Shown: positions 1 through 9,072 of the stretch, piece after piece
Position numbering within the stretch: the first letter of the stretch is position 1
How the letters are laid out: each line of letters opens with the position of its first letter
Notes under the pieces: model-generated
The model's input: the letters and a program-made list of their open reading frames with translations, nothing else
The model's database searches: none
Told to the model about the DNA's origin: nothing
Program-made: the position numbers and the translations under genes
NCBI RefSeq assembly: GCF_001598795.1
Contig: NZ_BCZP01000003.1
Coordinates: 120,001-152,000 of the forward strand
DNA from: Delftia acidovorans NBRC 14950
Lineage (GTDB): Bacteria > Pseudomonadota > Gammaproteobacteria > Burkholderiales > Burkholderiaceae_C
Direction of reading: 5' to 3'
DNA: 32,000 bases

Positions 1-1806
1 CTGCGCCGCTACGCGCTGCGCCAGCTGCAGGCCATCGCCGTGCGCGTGGGCGACTTCATGCGCGACAACTTCGGGCTGAGCCTGCTCGCGCTGGGCTGGA
101 GCCTGCTCTACACCCTGCCCTGGAGCTTTGCGGCCGCGGCGCTGGGCAGCCTGCTGCAAGGCCCCGAAACCGTGGGCACGGCGCTGGAGCCGCTGGGCGC
201 CACCCTGGTCCAGCTCAGCGATTTCATCTTCGTGGCCACCTTGCTCAACGCCCTGTTCTGCCCGGGCGGACTGGCACTGGCCCACTTCGGCTGGCCGGCC
301 GCTCGCGTGCAGATGCTGCGCCAGATGGTGCGCCGCGCCGCCTGGCTGATCGTGCCCGCCGAACTGCTGGGCGGCCTGGCCTTCTACAGCCATGACAACC
401 ACGCCATCAGCACCTGGGGCCGCATCTCCATCCTCATGCTGTCGCTGGGCCTAGCCTGGATGGCCTGGCTGTACTTTCGCCGTGTCATGCAGCAAAAGCG
501 GCCCGGCATCCACTGGGGCCAGATCGTCAGCGTGGTGCTGATGCTCATGCTCAGCGCGCTGGCCGTGGGCATCGTGCTCGGCTATGTCTACACGGCCACC
601 GAATTCATCCAGGCCCTGATGGCCAGCTTCGTGTTCCTGGGCGCGGTCGAGGTCGTGGTCAACCTGCTGCGGCGCTGGCTGCTGCTGGGCGAACGGCGCC
701 TGGCGCTGAACCGGCTGCGCGAAGCCGCCAGGCTGGCCCAGAGCGGCTCGGGCGTGGACACCGGCAAGGCACCCACCGACGAAGCCACCCAGATGGCCCT
801 GGTCACCGTGGGCGCCCAGGCGCACCGGCTGCTGGGCCTGCTGCAGCAGGTGCTGGTCGTGCTGACCCTGGTCTACGCCTGGCTGCCCGTGCTGCCTGCG
901 CTGCTGCGCTCCGAAGGCGTGGTGCTCTGGTACACCACCAACACCGGCGCCGACGGCATTGCGCATGCCGCCCCCGTGAGCCTGATGGACGCGCTGCTGG
1001 GCGTGATGATCCTGCTGCTCACCTTCAGCTTTGCACGCAACCTGCCGGGCCTGCTGGAAGTGACGCTGTCGGCCTCCAACCGCATCAGCAGCTCCGCGCG
1101 CTACACCCTGGCCACGCTGGCGCGCTACGCCATCACCATCGCGGGCACGGTCAGCGCCTTCACGCTGCTGGGCCTGCGCTGGGGCCAGCTGCAGTGGATG
1201 GTGGCGGCGCTCACCGTGGGCCTGGGCTTTGGCCTGCAGGAGATCTTCGCCAACTTCGTCTCGGGCCTGATCCTGCTGGTGGAGCGGCCCTTCCGCGTGG
1301 GCGATGTCATCACCATCGACACCCTCACCGGCACCGTCACGCGCATCCGCACGCGGGCCACCACGGTGCTGGACTTCGACAACAAGGAAATCGTCATCCC
1401 CAACAAGACCTTCATCACCGGCCAGGTGACGAACTGGACCTTGAGCGACGACGTGACCCGCCTGGTGATCGACGTGCCCGTGGCCCACGGCAATGACCCC
1501 GAGCGAGTGCGCGACATGCTGCTGGGCATTGCCAGGGAACACCCCCAGGTGCTGCGCGAACCCGAGCCCAACTGCTGGTTCATGGCGCTGGAAGGCAACG
1601 GCCAGCGGTTCGAGCTGCGCGCCTACGTGGGCAAGGTCGAAGACCGCCTGCCCGTGCGCCACGACCTCAACCGCCGCGTCAACGACCGGCTCAAGGACGC
1701 TGGCATTGCCGTGGCCTTCCCGCAGCTGGACCTGCATGTGCGCAACATGCCGGCAAATCCTGCGGGGCAGCCGGCGCCGCAGACACCGCCCCAGCCGGCT
1801 GCATGA
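1..1806 (+). CDS. Mechanosensitive ion channel, MscK/KefA-like (MscS family); 5' end lies upstream of the window
   Basis: Frame 1 is open from nt 1 with no stop before the ATG at 40, so the gene starts upstream. The product has many hydrophobic TM helices followed by an MscS-type core (GLGFGLQEIFANFVSGLILLVERPFRVGDVITI...GTVTRIRTRATTVLDFDNKEIVIPNKTFITGQVTNWT). Stop TGA at 1804-1806. Confidence 0.85.
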   Translation: MRRYALRQLQAIAVRVGDFMRDNFGLSLLALGWSLLYTLPWSFAAAALGSLLQGPETVGTALEPLGATLVQLSDFIFVATLLNALFCPGGLALAHFGWPAARVQMLRQMVRRAAWLIVPAELLGGLAFYSHDNHAISTWGRISILMLSLGLAWMAWLYFRRVMQQKRPGIHWGQIVSVVLMLMLSALAVGIVLGYVYTATEFIQALMASFVFLGAVEVVVNLLRRWLLLGERRLALNRLREAARLAQSGSGVDTGKAPTDEATQMALVTVGAQAHRLLGLLQQVLVVLTLVYAWLPVLPALLRSEGVVLWYTTNTGADGIAHAAPVSLMDALLGVMILLLTFSFARNLPGLLEVTLSASNRISSSARYTLATLARYAITIAGTVSAFTLLGLRWGQLQWMVAALTVGLGFGLQEIFANFVSGLILLVERPFRVGDVITIDTLTGTVTRIRTRATTVLDFDNKEIVIPNKTFITGQVTNWTLSDDVTRLVIDVPVAHGNDPERVRDMLLGIAREHPQVLREPEPNCWFMALEGNGQRFELRAYVGKVEDRLPVRHDLNRRVNDRLKDAGIAVAFPQLDLHVRNMPANPAGQPAPQTPPQPAA

Positions 1807-1816
1807 GACATTGAAA

Positions 1817-1846
1817 CCCGCCACTCTCGACCCATGGAGTGGCGGG
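1817..1846 (+). terminator. Perfect 10-bp stem hairpin just after the channel gene stop; no U-tract
   Basis: CCCGCCACTC (1817-1826) pairs with GAGTGGCGGG (1837-1846) around a 10-nt loop. No T-run follows, so this is at best a weak or rho-assisted terminator or an mRNA-stabilising hairpin. Confidence 0.3.
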
Positions 1847-2014
1847 CCATGGGCACCACGGCATTCCACCCTCAAATCACCGTGACTCATATATCCTAGG
1901 ATCATTCTGAAAAATTTCCTCCCCCTTCATTTCCTCCTCCAACTGAATGGCAATCCGCACACAATCGGCATCTCACAACGATGTCTGCGGACGCTTCAAA
2001 TCCTGGGAGGGGCA

Positions 2015-2596
2015 ATGGCGGAAAGAAGATATACCAGTGCAGGAACGGATGGCTGGCTCAATGTCAGGCGCGAGCCTTCGGGCGCTATTGTTGCGCTGCC
2101 GGAGCATATTGCCACCGAGATGGAATCCAGCTCGAATGGGCGCGACCATTTCATCCTCAAGGAGGGCGTCGAAAGTGGCAACAGGTTTTCTGTGAAACAG
2201 GGATACCTCCGAAAACAGGCTCCCGCATATCGGCCTGCTGCAATCATTCAATTCATTTTGAGCCGCAAGACCCTGATCTATCCAGGGGGTCGTGTCCGAG
2301 CTTTTACAGACGACGAAAATCCTATTAAAACAGGAACGCACCCTGTTCAAATCCCAGATTTCCCACACTCAATAGGGTCTGCATATTTACATAAAACACC
2401 CTATGCCAAAAATTGGTTTTTCCTCAACAATGGAAGTGCAACTCCTTTTCGCAACGATAGATACCTGCACCCAGGGCACGAAAGTGCCGGATGCATCACC
2501 GTGGATCCGGCGCAATGGAATTCACTTTATCAATATCTAATTCTCTGCAGGAGTGGTGATGGCAAAACTGTTGGCATGGTTTCCGTGGTTCGCTAG
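2015..2596 (+). CDS. Hypothetical protein: N-terminal SH3b-like segment plus C-terminal Tlde1/DUF2778-like (YkuD-fold L,D-transpeptidase-like) domain; no signal peptide
   Basis: 193-aa ORF in the low-GC islet. SD GGGAGG at 2005-2010, 4 nt before the ATG. 'GWLNVRREPSGAIVALPE' resembles the bacterial SH3 (SH3_3) 'LNVRxxPS' motif. The C-terminal 'RYLHPGHESAGCITVDP' resembles the His...(S/T)xGC catalytic motif of YkuD/Tlde1-type enzymes. Assigned by recall of motifs, not by search. Confidence 0.55.
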   Translation: MAERRYTSAGTDGWLNVRREPSGAIVALPEHIATEMESSSNGRDHFILKEGVESGNRFSVKQGYLRKQAPAYRPAAIIQFILSRKTLIYPGGRVRAFTDDENPIKTGTHPVQIPDFPHSIGSAYLHKTPYAKNWFFLNNGSATPFRNDRYLHPGHESAGCITVDPAQWNSLYQYLILCRSGDGKTVGMVSVVR

Positions 2597-3104
2597 CGCC
2601 CTGATTCTCGCTGGATGCTATGCACAAGAAAAAAGTCCAGAAGATCTCCTGGCATCGGAAGAGGTGGGCGATGCTGACTTTGTACGCAACTGGCTTCAAA
2701 CAAATCGGCATGCAGACCAAACCGCGGCGCAGAACTTCTACCAGCACGGCATGAAAGACTTTCAACGTAAAGCATGGTCTCCCGCCGCCAAATCCTTTGG
2801 AACGAGTATGCGACTCTATCCTTCCCCCGAAGCCTTGTATAGATATGTGGACGTCAAACTGCAAATGCTCGCCATGGTCAGAAAGCGAGAGGGCGATATT
2901 CAAGAAAAGCTTCCACTGGACATGAACTACGCGCTCAAGCTCTACCGTTCTGCGCTTTCGGCCAACATGGTATTGGGAACATTGTCCGAAGAGGAAAAGA
3001 CGCGCATTGAAAACCATGTGAGTTGCCTGCAGGCCTATGCAGCGGCTGGCCGTCCCGACATGGACTGCGAGCCGCTGCACTGGTACTACAACGCGGCCCG
3101 ATGA
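2559..3104 (+). CDS. Lipoprotein with helical/TPR-like repeats; candidate periplasm-facing immunity or partner protein
   Basis: ATG at 2559 is preceded by SD AGGAG (2549-2553) with a 5-nt spacer. The track's 2553 start is a GTG two codons upstream. The N-terminus MAKLLAWFPWFASALILAGC carries a lipobox (L-A-G-C). The start overlaps the 3' end of the upstream ORF by 38 nt, suggesting translational coupling. The rest is predicted helical with TPR-like segments (AAQNFYQHGMKDFQRKAWSPAAKSFGTSMRLYPSPEALY). Low GC. Confidence 0.6.
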   Translation: MAKLLAWFPWFASALILAGCYAQEKSPEDLLASEEVGDADFVRNWLQTNRHADQTAAQNFYQHGMKDFQRKAWSPAAKSFGTSMRLYPSPEALYRYVDVKLQMLAMVRKREGDIQEKLPLDMNYALKLYRSALSANMVLGTLSEEEKTRIENHVSCLQAYAAAGRPDMDCEPLHWYYNAAR

Positions 3105-3112
3105 ACACAGGG

Positions 3113-4861
3113 TCAGAACACTTCCCAGTTCTCACCAGCGCGCTCGGCTGCAGTGCGGGGGCCAGGCACCCGCATTGCCGTGGATGTGGATCTGCTGTCG
3201 CCCCGCATGGCGGCCTGCGCCCCGGACTGGCGAGGCAAGCTGTCGGCACCTGAAGGCAGACCACGCATGCCGGAGGCCACGGCGGGCTTCGCGACAGGAG
3301 CCTGATCGGCAGGTGAGGACAGCCCGTCCAGCTTGAACAGGCTGACCAGATCGACCAGCCTGGCAGCCTGCGCGTTCAAGCTTGCGGCAGCCGCCGCCGA
3401 TTCCTCGACCAGGGCCGCATTCTGCTGCGTGACCTGGTCGAGCTGTACGACGGCATCGCCCACCTGCGCCACACCGTCGGCCTGCTCGGCCGTGGCCGCG
3501 CCTATTTCGCCGATCAGGTCGGCAACGCGCTGCGCCTGCTGGACGATGTCCTTCATTGCGGAACCCGTCTCGCTCACCAGGCCCGAGCCCTCGTCCACCT
3601 TGGATACGCTCTCGCCTATCAGGGCCTTGATCTCCTTGGCTGCCCCCGCGCTGCGCTGGGCCAGGCTGCGCACTTCGGATGCCACCACGGCAAAGCCGCG
3701 CCCCTGCTCGCCCGCCCGCGCCGCCTCCACGGCGGCATTGAGCGCCAGGATGTTGGTCTGGAAGGCAATGGAGTCGATCACGCCGATGATGTCCTCGATC
3801 TTCCGGGAACTCGCGGTGATCTGCTCCATGGTGGCCACAACGCGGTCCACGATCTTGCCGCCGCCGGTGGCGGCCTGGCTCGACGAAGCGGCCAGCTGGG
3901 TGGCGGTACGCACCGTATCGGCATTGAGCTTGACGGTGGCGTTCATCTCCTCCATGGAGGCAGCGGTCTGCTCCAGATTGCTGGCCTGCTCTTCCGTGCG
4001 CTGGCTCAGGTCCGCATTGCCCGAGGCAATCTGGCTGGCGCCGGTCGCGATGGATTCGCTGCTTTGCCGCACATCGGCAACCACGCGCGCCAGGCCGGCC
4101 CGCATGTCCTCCATGGCGCGCAGCAGGCTGGAGGTGTCGCCGGCCGCCAATTGCACCCGCACGGACAAATCGCCCTGCGCGATCTGGCGCGCCACCCCGG
4201 CGGCATAGGAGGGCTCTCCGCCCAATTGCTGCTTGACCGTCCTGGTGATCATCCAGGCCACCAGACCGCCCAGCGCGGCGGCCAGCAGCGTCAGCACCAG
4301 CATGGCCACGCCGTCTTCGGCCACGCGGCGCAGCGAGCCGTCCACCGTGGCCTGCGTCTGTGCCTTCTGGTAATCGACCAGTGCCTCGACCGCATCGAAA
4401 TAGGTCGTCTGCAAGGAGCGCAGGCGCCCCATGATCAGATCCCTGGCGGCATCGCCCTGGTTGGCCAGGCCCAGGTCACCGGCCTGGCGCATGGTCTCCA
4501 CGAAAGGCTGGCGCGCCTGCCGTATGTCCGCAAAGAGCCGGCGCGCCTGCTCGGTCTGCAGGCGCTGGTCCAACTCCTTCATGACCAGGCCGTTCCTGGC
4601 AACCACCTCATCCAGCCGGCGGCTCTCCTCGGCCATCTGCGCCGGATCGGTGATCAGCGCCAGATTGCGCACCACCCGCGCCGACGCATTGGCGTTGTCC
4701 TTGAGCGATTGCAGCCGGGCCAGATTGCCCATGCGGTCCTCGGCCAGCACGCGCAGCTGCTCGCCCTGGTCATGCAACTTCATCCAGCCGAAGGCCGCCA
4801 CGCATACGCAAACCACGATCACCGCGAAAAAACCCATGCCCAGCATGGTTCCCAACTTCAT
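3113..4861 (-). CDS. Methyl-accepting chemotaxis protein (periplasmic 4-helix-bundle-type sensor, HAMP, MA signalling domain)
   Basis: The highly conserved MCP hairpin region is present ([48 protein letters not shown]). The likely start is the internal ATG at 4861 ([19 protein letters not shown]..., TM1), not the track's 4927. The C-terminus is ...GENWEVF. Confidence 0.9.
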   Translation of the reverse strand: MKLGTMLGMGFFAVIVVCVCVAAFGWMKLHDQGEQLRVLAEDRMGNLARLQSLKDNANASARVVRNLALITDPAQMAEESRRLDEVVARNGLVMKELDQRLQTEQARRLFADIRQARQPFVETMRQAGDLGLANQGDAARDLIMGRLRSLQTTYFDAVEALVDYQKAQTQATVDGSLRRVAEDGVAMLVLTLLAAALGGLVAWMITRTVKQQLGGEPSYAAGVARQIAQGDLSVRVQLAAGDTSSLLRAMEDMRAGLARVVADVRQSSESIATGASQIASGNADLSQRTEEQASNLEQTAASMEEMNATVKLNADTVRTATQLAASSSQAATGGGKIVDRVVATMEQITASSRKIEDIIGVIDSIAFQTNILALNAAVEAARAGEQGRGFAVVASEVRSLAQRSAGAAKEIKALIGESVSKVDEGSGLVSETGSAMKDIVQQAQRVADLIGEIGAATAEQADGVAQVGDAVVQLDQVTQQNAALVEESAAAAASLNAQAARLVDLVSLFKLDGLSSPADQAPVAKPAVASGMRGLPSGADSLPRQSGAQAAMRGDSRSTSTAMRVPGPRTAAERAGENWEVF

Positions 4862-5219
4862 ACGCCTCAGAAAACCCACGTCGCTCTCCCTCGAACCACC
4901 TACGCAAACCGGCCAGACTGCTGGCACGGAAGAAACACATTCAGGAACAAATTTGACAATTTGAATCAGCTACGTCGCCTTCCCAAACCCTGCACATCCA
5001 GTAGGACAGCGCCTTGCCGGCATGCAGGCATCGGGCTGCCAGCGGTCGTGATCGGAGGCAGTGGGCGCATGGATATCCCGCGCACCGACAAGGCCCCGTC
5101 ATTCCCAGAATGTGCGAGACACTCCTCACAATGGGCGCCGGCATCTGCGCACCTGCAGCTGCTCAACAGCACCTGCAGACGGCATAGCGCCCCACTCCAG
5201 GAACTCCAGAGGAGACTCC

Positions 5220-6059
5220 ATGAAACTGCTGAGATTCGGCCCCGAGGGCCAGGAAAAGCCCGGCCTGCTGGATGCCGAAGGCCAGATCCGCGATCTGTCC
5301 GCCCTGTTGGACGACTACACGCCCCGCCTGCTGGGCCGCGAGGCGCTGCGGGCCCTGGCCTCCATCGACCCCGCCAGGCTGCCCCTGGTGCAAGGCCCGG
5401 TGCGCATCGGCATGCCCTGGAGCGGCATGTCCAAGTTCGTCGCCATCGGCCTGAACTACCGCGACCATGCCGAGGAAGCCGGCATGCCCATTCCCAAGGA
5501 GCCCATCCTCTTCGCCAAATGGCCCAGCTGCGCCTGCGGCCCCGACGACGACATCCCCCTGCCCGAAGACAGCACACGCATGGACTGGGAGGTGGAACTG
5601 GGCATCGTCATCGGCGAGCGCGCGCGCAATGTGTCCGTGGCCGATGCGCTGGAGCATGTGGCCGGCTACTGCCTTGCCAACGATGTGTCCGAGCGCGAAT
5701 ACCAGATCGACCGCAGCGGTGGCCAATGGAGCAAGGGCAAGGGCTTCGACCGCTTCGGCCCCATCGGCCCCTGGCTGGTCACGCGCGACGAAGTGCCCGA
5801 TCCGCAGGCCCTGCAGCTATGGCTGGATGTGAACGGGGAGCGCCGCCAGAGCGGCAGCACGCGCACCATGATCTTTGGCTGCGCCGAACTCATCAGCCAC
5901 TGCAGCCGCGTGATGACGCTGGAGCCCGGCGACCTCATCATCACCGGCACGCCCCCGGGAGTCGGGATGGGCATGAAGCCGCCGCGCTATCTGAAGGCTG
6001 GCGATGTGATGGAGCTGGGGATCGAGGGGCTGGGCGTGCAGAGGCAGCGAGTGGTGTAG
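5220..6059 (+). CDS. Fumarylacetoacetate hydrolase (FAH) family protein (2-keto-4-pentenoate hydratase / oxaloacetate decarboxylase-like)
   Basis: MKLLRFGPEGQEKPGLLDAEGQIRDLS... and DWEVELGIVIG...GYCLANDVSEREYQ...KGKGFDRFGPIGPWLVT...PGDLIITGTPPGVG are typical FAH-family blocks. ATG at 5220 follows SD GGAGA. The 53 upstream codons in the track ORF are unlikely to be coding. Confidence 0.85.
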   Translation: MKLLRFGPEGQEKPGLLDAEGQIRDLSALLDDYTPRLLGREALRALASIDPARLPLVQGPVRIGMPWSGMSKFVAIGLNYRDHAEEAGMPIPKEPILFAKWPSCACGPDDDIPLPEDSTRMDWEVELGIVIGERARNVSVADALEHVAGYCLANDVSEREYQIDRSGGQWSKGKGFDRFGPIGPWLVTRDEVPDPQALQLWLDVNGERRQSGSTRTMIFGCAELISHCSRVMTLEPGDLIITGTPPGVGMGMKPPRYLKAGDVMELGIEGLGVQRQRVV

Positions 6060-6065
6060 ATCCAC

Positions 6066-6099
6066 AAAAAAGCGGCTTCAAAAAGCCGCTTTATTTTTG
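6066..6099. terminator. Bidirectional rho-independent terminator between the convergent FAH gene and pmbA
   Basis: A 10-bp stem (6069-6078 pairs with 6083-6092, core AGCGGCTT/AAGCCGCT) with a 4-nt loop. It is flanked by an A-run on the left and ATTTTT on the right. Confidence 0.8.
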
Positions 6100-6113
6100 A
6101 GCTGAACCAGCGC

Positions 6114-7523
6114 TCAGCTGCCCGCCACCTTCATGCGGTTGATCAGGATCGAGCCCACGGTCTTGGCGCCGTAGTTGTAGGCATCTGCGCCCACGGCCTC
6201 GATGCCCTTGAGCATGTCCTTGAGGTTGCCGGCGATGGTGATCTCATGCACGGGGAAGGCGATTTCGCCGTTTTCCACCCAGAAGCCGCTGACGCCGCGC
6301 GAGTAGTCGCCGGTCACGTAGTTCACGCCCTGGCCCATGAGCTCGATCACGAACAGGCCCGTGCCCAGCTTCTTGAGCATGGCGGGCAGGTCGTCGCCGG
6401 CCTTGGTGCGGCGCGAGGTCATGACCAGGTTGTGCGACCCGCCGGCATTGCCGGTGGTCTTCATGCCCAGCTTGCGGGCCGAGTAGCTGGACAGGAAGTA
6501 GCCCTCGACGCGGCCGGCATCCACCACCTTGCGGGCCTGCACGCGCACGCCTTCCTCGTCGAAGGGCGAGCTGCCCTTGCCGCCGAGGATGAAGGGGTCT
6601 TCCGTGATGTCGATGTGCTTGGGGAAGACGGGCTTGCCCAGCGAGTCGAGCAGGAAGGTGCTGCGGCGGTACAGCGCGCCGCCGCTGACGGCCTGCACGA
6701 AGCTGCCCAGCAGGCCTGCGGCCAGCGTGGACTCGAACAGCACCGGGCATTCGGTGGTCGGGATCTTGCGGCTGCCCAGGCGGCTCAGGGCGCGCTGGGC
6801 GGCGTAGCGGCCCACGGCTTCGGGCGAGGCCAGGTCGGCCGCGTTGCGCATGGAGCTGTACCAGGCGTCGCGCTGCATCTCGCCATTGCGCCCGGGCAGC
6901 GAGGCGATGGGCGCCACCGACAGGCTGTGGCGCGAGCTGGCGTAGCCGCCACGGAAACCATTGGTGTGGGCGCTGAAGAAATGGCTTTGCTGGGCCGAAA
7001 CGCCCGCGCCTTCGCTGTTGGTGATGCGCTTGTGCGTGCGCAGCGCGGCTTCCTCGCATTGCAGCGCCAGTTCGGCCGCAGCCTCGCTGGTGAGGTCCCA
7101 GGGGTGGAACAGCTGCAGGTCGCGGTGGGTGCCGGGCTGGGCGATGTCGGCCGCATCGGGCAGGCCGGCCATGGGGTCCTCGGCGGTGAAGCGTGCGATG
7201 TCGTAGGCGGCCTGCACGGTCTGCTGGATGGCGGCATCCGAGAAGTCCGAGGTGCTGGCGTTGCCACGGCGGTTGCCCAGGTAGACGGTCACGCCCAGCG
7301 ACTTGTCGCGGTTGCGCTCCACGGTCTCCAAAGCCCCCTTGCGCACGCTCACGCTCAGGCCGCAGCCCTCGGAAGCCTCGGCCCCGGCGTTGGTGGCGCC
7401 GAGCTTCTTGGCGTGGACCAGGGCACGGTCCACCAAGTCTTCAAAAAACGGTTGGCTGTAGCTGAAGCCGGAATCAGCCTGCGGTTTGGCGGTGCTTGCC
7501 GAGCGGGGACGGGGTTTTTTCAT
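6114..7523 (-). CDS. pmbA: Metalloprotease PmbA (TldE), TldD/PmbA family
   Basis: Full-length similarity to PmbA (...SEGCGLSVSVRKGALETVERNRDKSLGVTVYLGNRRGNASTSDFS...GGSHNLVM...VTGDYSRGVSGFWVENGEI...). The probable start is the ATG at 7523 (MKKPRPR...); 7547 is an alternative. Divergent from yjgA, as in E. coli. Confidence 0.9.
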   Translation of the reverse strand: MKKPRPRSASTAKPQADSGFSYSQPFFEDLVDRALVHAKKLGATNAGAEASEGCGLSVSVRKGALETVERNRDKSLGVTVYLGNRRGNASTSDFSDAAIQQTVQAAYDIARFTAEDPMAGLPDAADIAQPGTHRDLQLFHPWDLTSEAAAELALQCEEAALRTHKRITNSEGAGVSAQQSHFFSAHTNGFRGGYASSRHSLSVAPIASLPGRNGEMQRDAWYSSMRNAADLASPEAVGRYAAQRALSRLGSRKIPTTECPVLFESTLAAGLLGSFVQAVSGGALYRRSTFLLDSLGKPVFPKHIDITEDPFILGGKGSSPFDEEGVRVQARKVVDAGRVEGYFLSSYSARKLGMKTTGNAGGSHNLVMTSRRTKAGDDLPAMLKKLGTGLFVIELMGQGVNYVTGDYSRGVSGFWVENGEIAFPVHEITIAGNLKDMLKGIEAVGADAYNYGAKTVGSILINRMKVAGS

Positions 7524-7589
7524 AGCGGCGGCTATGATAGCCGCCACTGCAGCGCTCTCCGCGCCGCCACTGCATTTGTCCCCTACCCC

Positions 7590-8267
7590 ATGTCACGCAA
7601 ACCCAAAAAAGGCTACTACGTCAAAGGTCACTTCGTTGCCGAAGGCAGCGAACTCGACCTGCAGCTCAAGGCCGAACTCAAAGGCACCCCCGACTCCAGC
7701 AAGACGGATCTCAAGCGCGAGTCCGACGCCCTGCAGGACCTCGGCAAGGATTTGCTGACGCTGCGCTCCGACCTGTTCAAGCGCCTGCAATTGCCCGACC
7801 AGCTGGCCGATGCCCTGGCCGAGGCCAAGCGCATCACCAATTTCGAAGGCAAGCGCCGCCAGATGCAATTCGTCGGCAAGCTCATGCGCAAGCTGGACGA
7901 GACCGAGATCGCCGCCGTGCGCGCGGCACTGGACGAGCAGCACAACGGCTCGGCCGCCGAGAAGATGGCCCTGCACGCCGCCGAGCAATGGCGCGACCGC
8001 CTGATTGCCGAGGAATCGGCCCTGTCCATCTGGCTGGACCATTTCCCCGACACCGACACCCAGCAGCTGCGCGCCCTGATCCGCCAGGCCCGCAAGGACA
8101 TGCCGGGCGCCCATGAGGCCAATGTGCAGGAATCCACCGGCCTGGCCCAGCGCAAGGGCCGCGCCTACCGCGACCTGTTCCAGCTGGTTCGCCAGCAGTT
8201 GGGCGGCACGGGCCGCGAGGCTGCCGAGGACGGTGACGGCGCTGGCGAGGAAGCTGACGATGAGTGA
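7590..8267 (+). CDS. yjgA: Ribosome-associated protein YjgA/DarP (DUF615 family)
   Basis: MSRKPKKGYYVKGHFV...KRESDALQDLGKDLLTL...LPDQLADALAEAKRITNFEGKRRQMQFVGKLMRKLD... is characteristic of YjgA. The ATG at 7590 is in frame with the track ORF 6246..8267, whose first 448 codons are antisense to pmbA and not real. Acidic C-terminal tail. Confidence 0.85.
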   Translation: MSRKPKKGYYVKGHFVAEGSELDLQLKAELKGTPDSSKTDLKRESDALQDLGKDLLTLRSDLFKRLQLPDQLADALAEAKRITNFEGKRRQMQFVGKLMRKLDETEIAAVRAALDEQHNGSAAEKMALHAAEQWRDRLIAEESALSIWLDHFPDTDTQQLRALIRQARKDMPGAHEANVQESTGLAQRKGRAYRDLFQLVRQQLGGTGREAAEDGDGAGEEADDE

Positions 8268-8865
8268 ACCCGTCCATGACGCTGTGCGCATCGGCATCGT
8301 CTCGATCAGCGACCGTGCCAGCAGCGGCGTCTATGAGGACAAGGGCCTGCCGGCCCTGCAGGACTGGCTCACCCGCGCACTCAGGAACCCCATCACGTTC
8401 GAGCCGCGCCTGATCCCCGACGAGCAGGCCGGCATCAGCGCCACGCTGATCGAACTGGTCGATGCGGGCTGCTCCCTGGTGCTGACCACGGGCGGCACCG
8501 GCCCCGCTCTGCGCGATGTCACGCCCGAAGCCACCCTGGCCGTGGCCGACAAGGAAATGCCGGGCTTTGGCGAGCAGATGCGCCAGATCAGCCTGGCCTT
8601 TGTGCCCACGGCGATTCTGTCGCGCCAGGTGGCGGTGATCCGCGGCAAGAGCCTGATCATCAACCTGCCGGGCCAGCCCAAGGCCATTGCCGAGACTCTG
8701 CAAGGCCTGCAAAACCCTGATGGCACGCAAACGGTCAACGGCATTTTTGCGGCCGTGCCCTATTGCGTGGACCTGATCGGCGGGCCTTATCTGGAAACGG
8801 ATGACAGCGTCTGCAAGGCCTTCCGGCCCAAGAATGCCGTGCGCGCGCCGCGCACTGCTGACTGA
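8260..8865 (+). CDS. mog: Molybdopterin adenylyltransferase MogA
   Basis: MSEPVHDAVRIGIVSISDRASSGVYEDKGLPAL...LVLTTGGTGPALRDVTPEAT...MPGFGEQMR...LIINLPGQPKAI matches MogA/MoaB-fold blocks. The ATG at 8260 overlaps the yjgA stop (8265-8267) by 8 nt. Confidence 0.9.
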   Translation: MSEPVHDAVRIGIVSISDRASSGVYEDKGLPALQDWLTRALRNPITFEPRLIPDEQAGISATLIELVDAGCSLVLTTGGTGPALRDVTPEATLAVADKEMPGFGEQMRQISLAFVPTAILSRQVAVIRGKSLIINLPGQPKAIAETLQGLQNPDGTQTVNGIFAAVPYCVDLIGGPYLETDDSVCKAFRPKNAVRAPRTAD

Positions 8866-8901
8866 GGTCTAGGGCCAGGAGGCCCCTCAGGTGCATCCAA
8901 C

Positions 8902-8928
8902 AAGGCAGCCTCAGGGCTGCCTTTTTTG
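8902..8928 (+). terminator. Rho-independent terminator after mog
   Basis: A 9-bp stem, AAGGCAGCC (8902-8910) with GGCTGCCTT (8915-8923), and a 4-nt loop, running into a T6 tract (8922-8927). Confidence 0.8.
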
Positions 8929-9072
8929 CGGCCGCACGGCTTGACTGTCGCACCGGGGCCACCAAGCCCGTGCTTGCCCCAATGCGGCAGGCCCCTGTCC
9001 CTGCCAGCATGGAATCACCCCGGCCCCTGCGCAACAGCAGCGGGCTTTTTCCATCCAAAGCAAGGAGACTTC

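Noticed and set aside
451-1905. A 484-aa ORF antisense to the mechanosensitive channel gene. Similar long antisense or off-frame ORFs occur at 4064-6100, 8911-10425, 10380-11681, 11492-12799, 12827-13687, 13691-14527, 23476-24786, 24771-25853, 25920-26750, 26543-27337, 27229-28806 and 29852-31852.
   Set aside because: These are typical stop-codon-poor shadow frames of roughly 67%-GC DNA. Their products are Arg/Gly/Ala/His/Pro-rich low-complexity sequence with no recognisable domains. Each fully overlaps a well-supported gene on the other strand or in another frame.
1913-1940. A polypyrimidine stretch with a repeated ATTTCCTCC motif at the left edge of the low-GC islet.
   Set aside because: I considered it as an att-like or insertion-boundary repeat, but I found no matching copy at the right boundary (3105-3112). 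It is probably just promoter or UTR sequence of the islet.
4953-4958. A consensus TTGACA hexamer in the MCP/FAH divergent intergenic region.
   Set aside because: No acceptable -10 element lies 16-18 bp downstream on the plus strand, and the hexamer is about 260 nt from the FAH start. This is insufficient to call a promoter.
6246-7589. The N-terminal 448 codons of the 673-aa track ORF 6246..8267.
   Set aside because: This part is antisense to pmbA and low-complexity. Only the part from the ATG at 7590 (YjgA) has a recognisable product, and it begins in the pmbA-yjgA divergent intergenic region.
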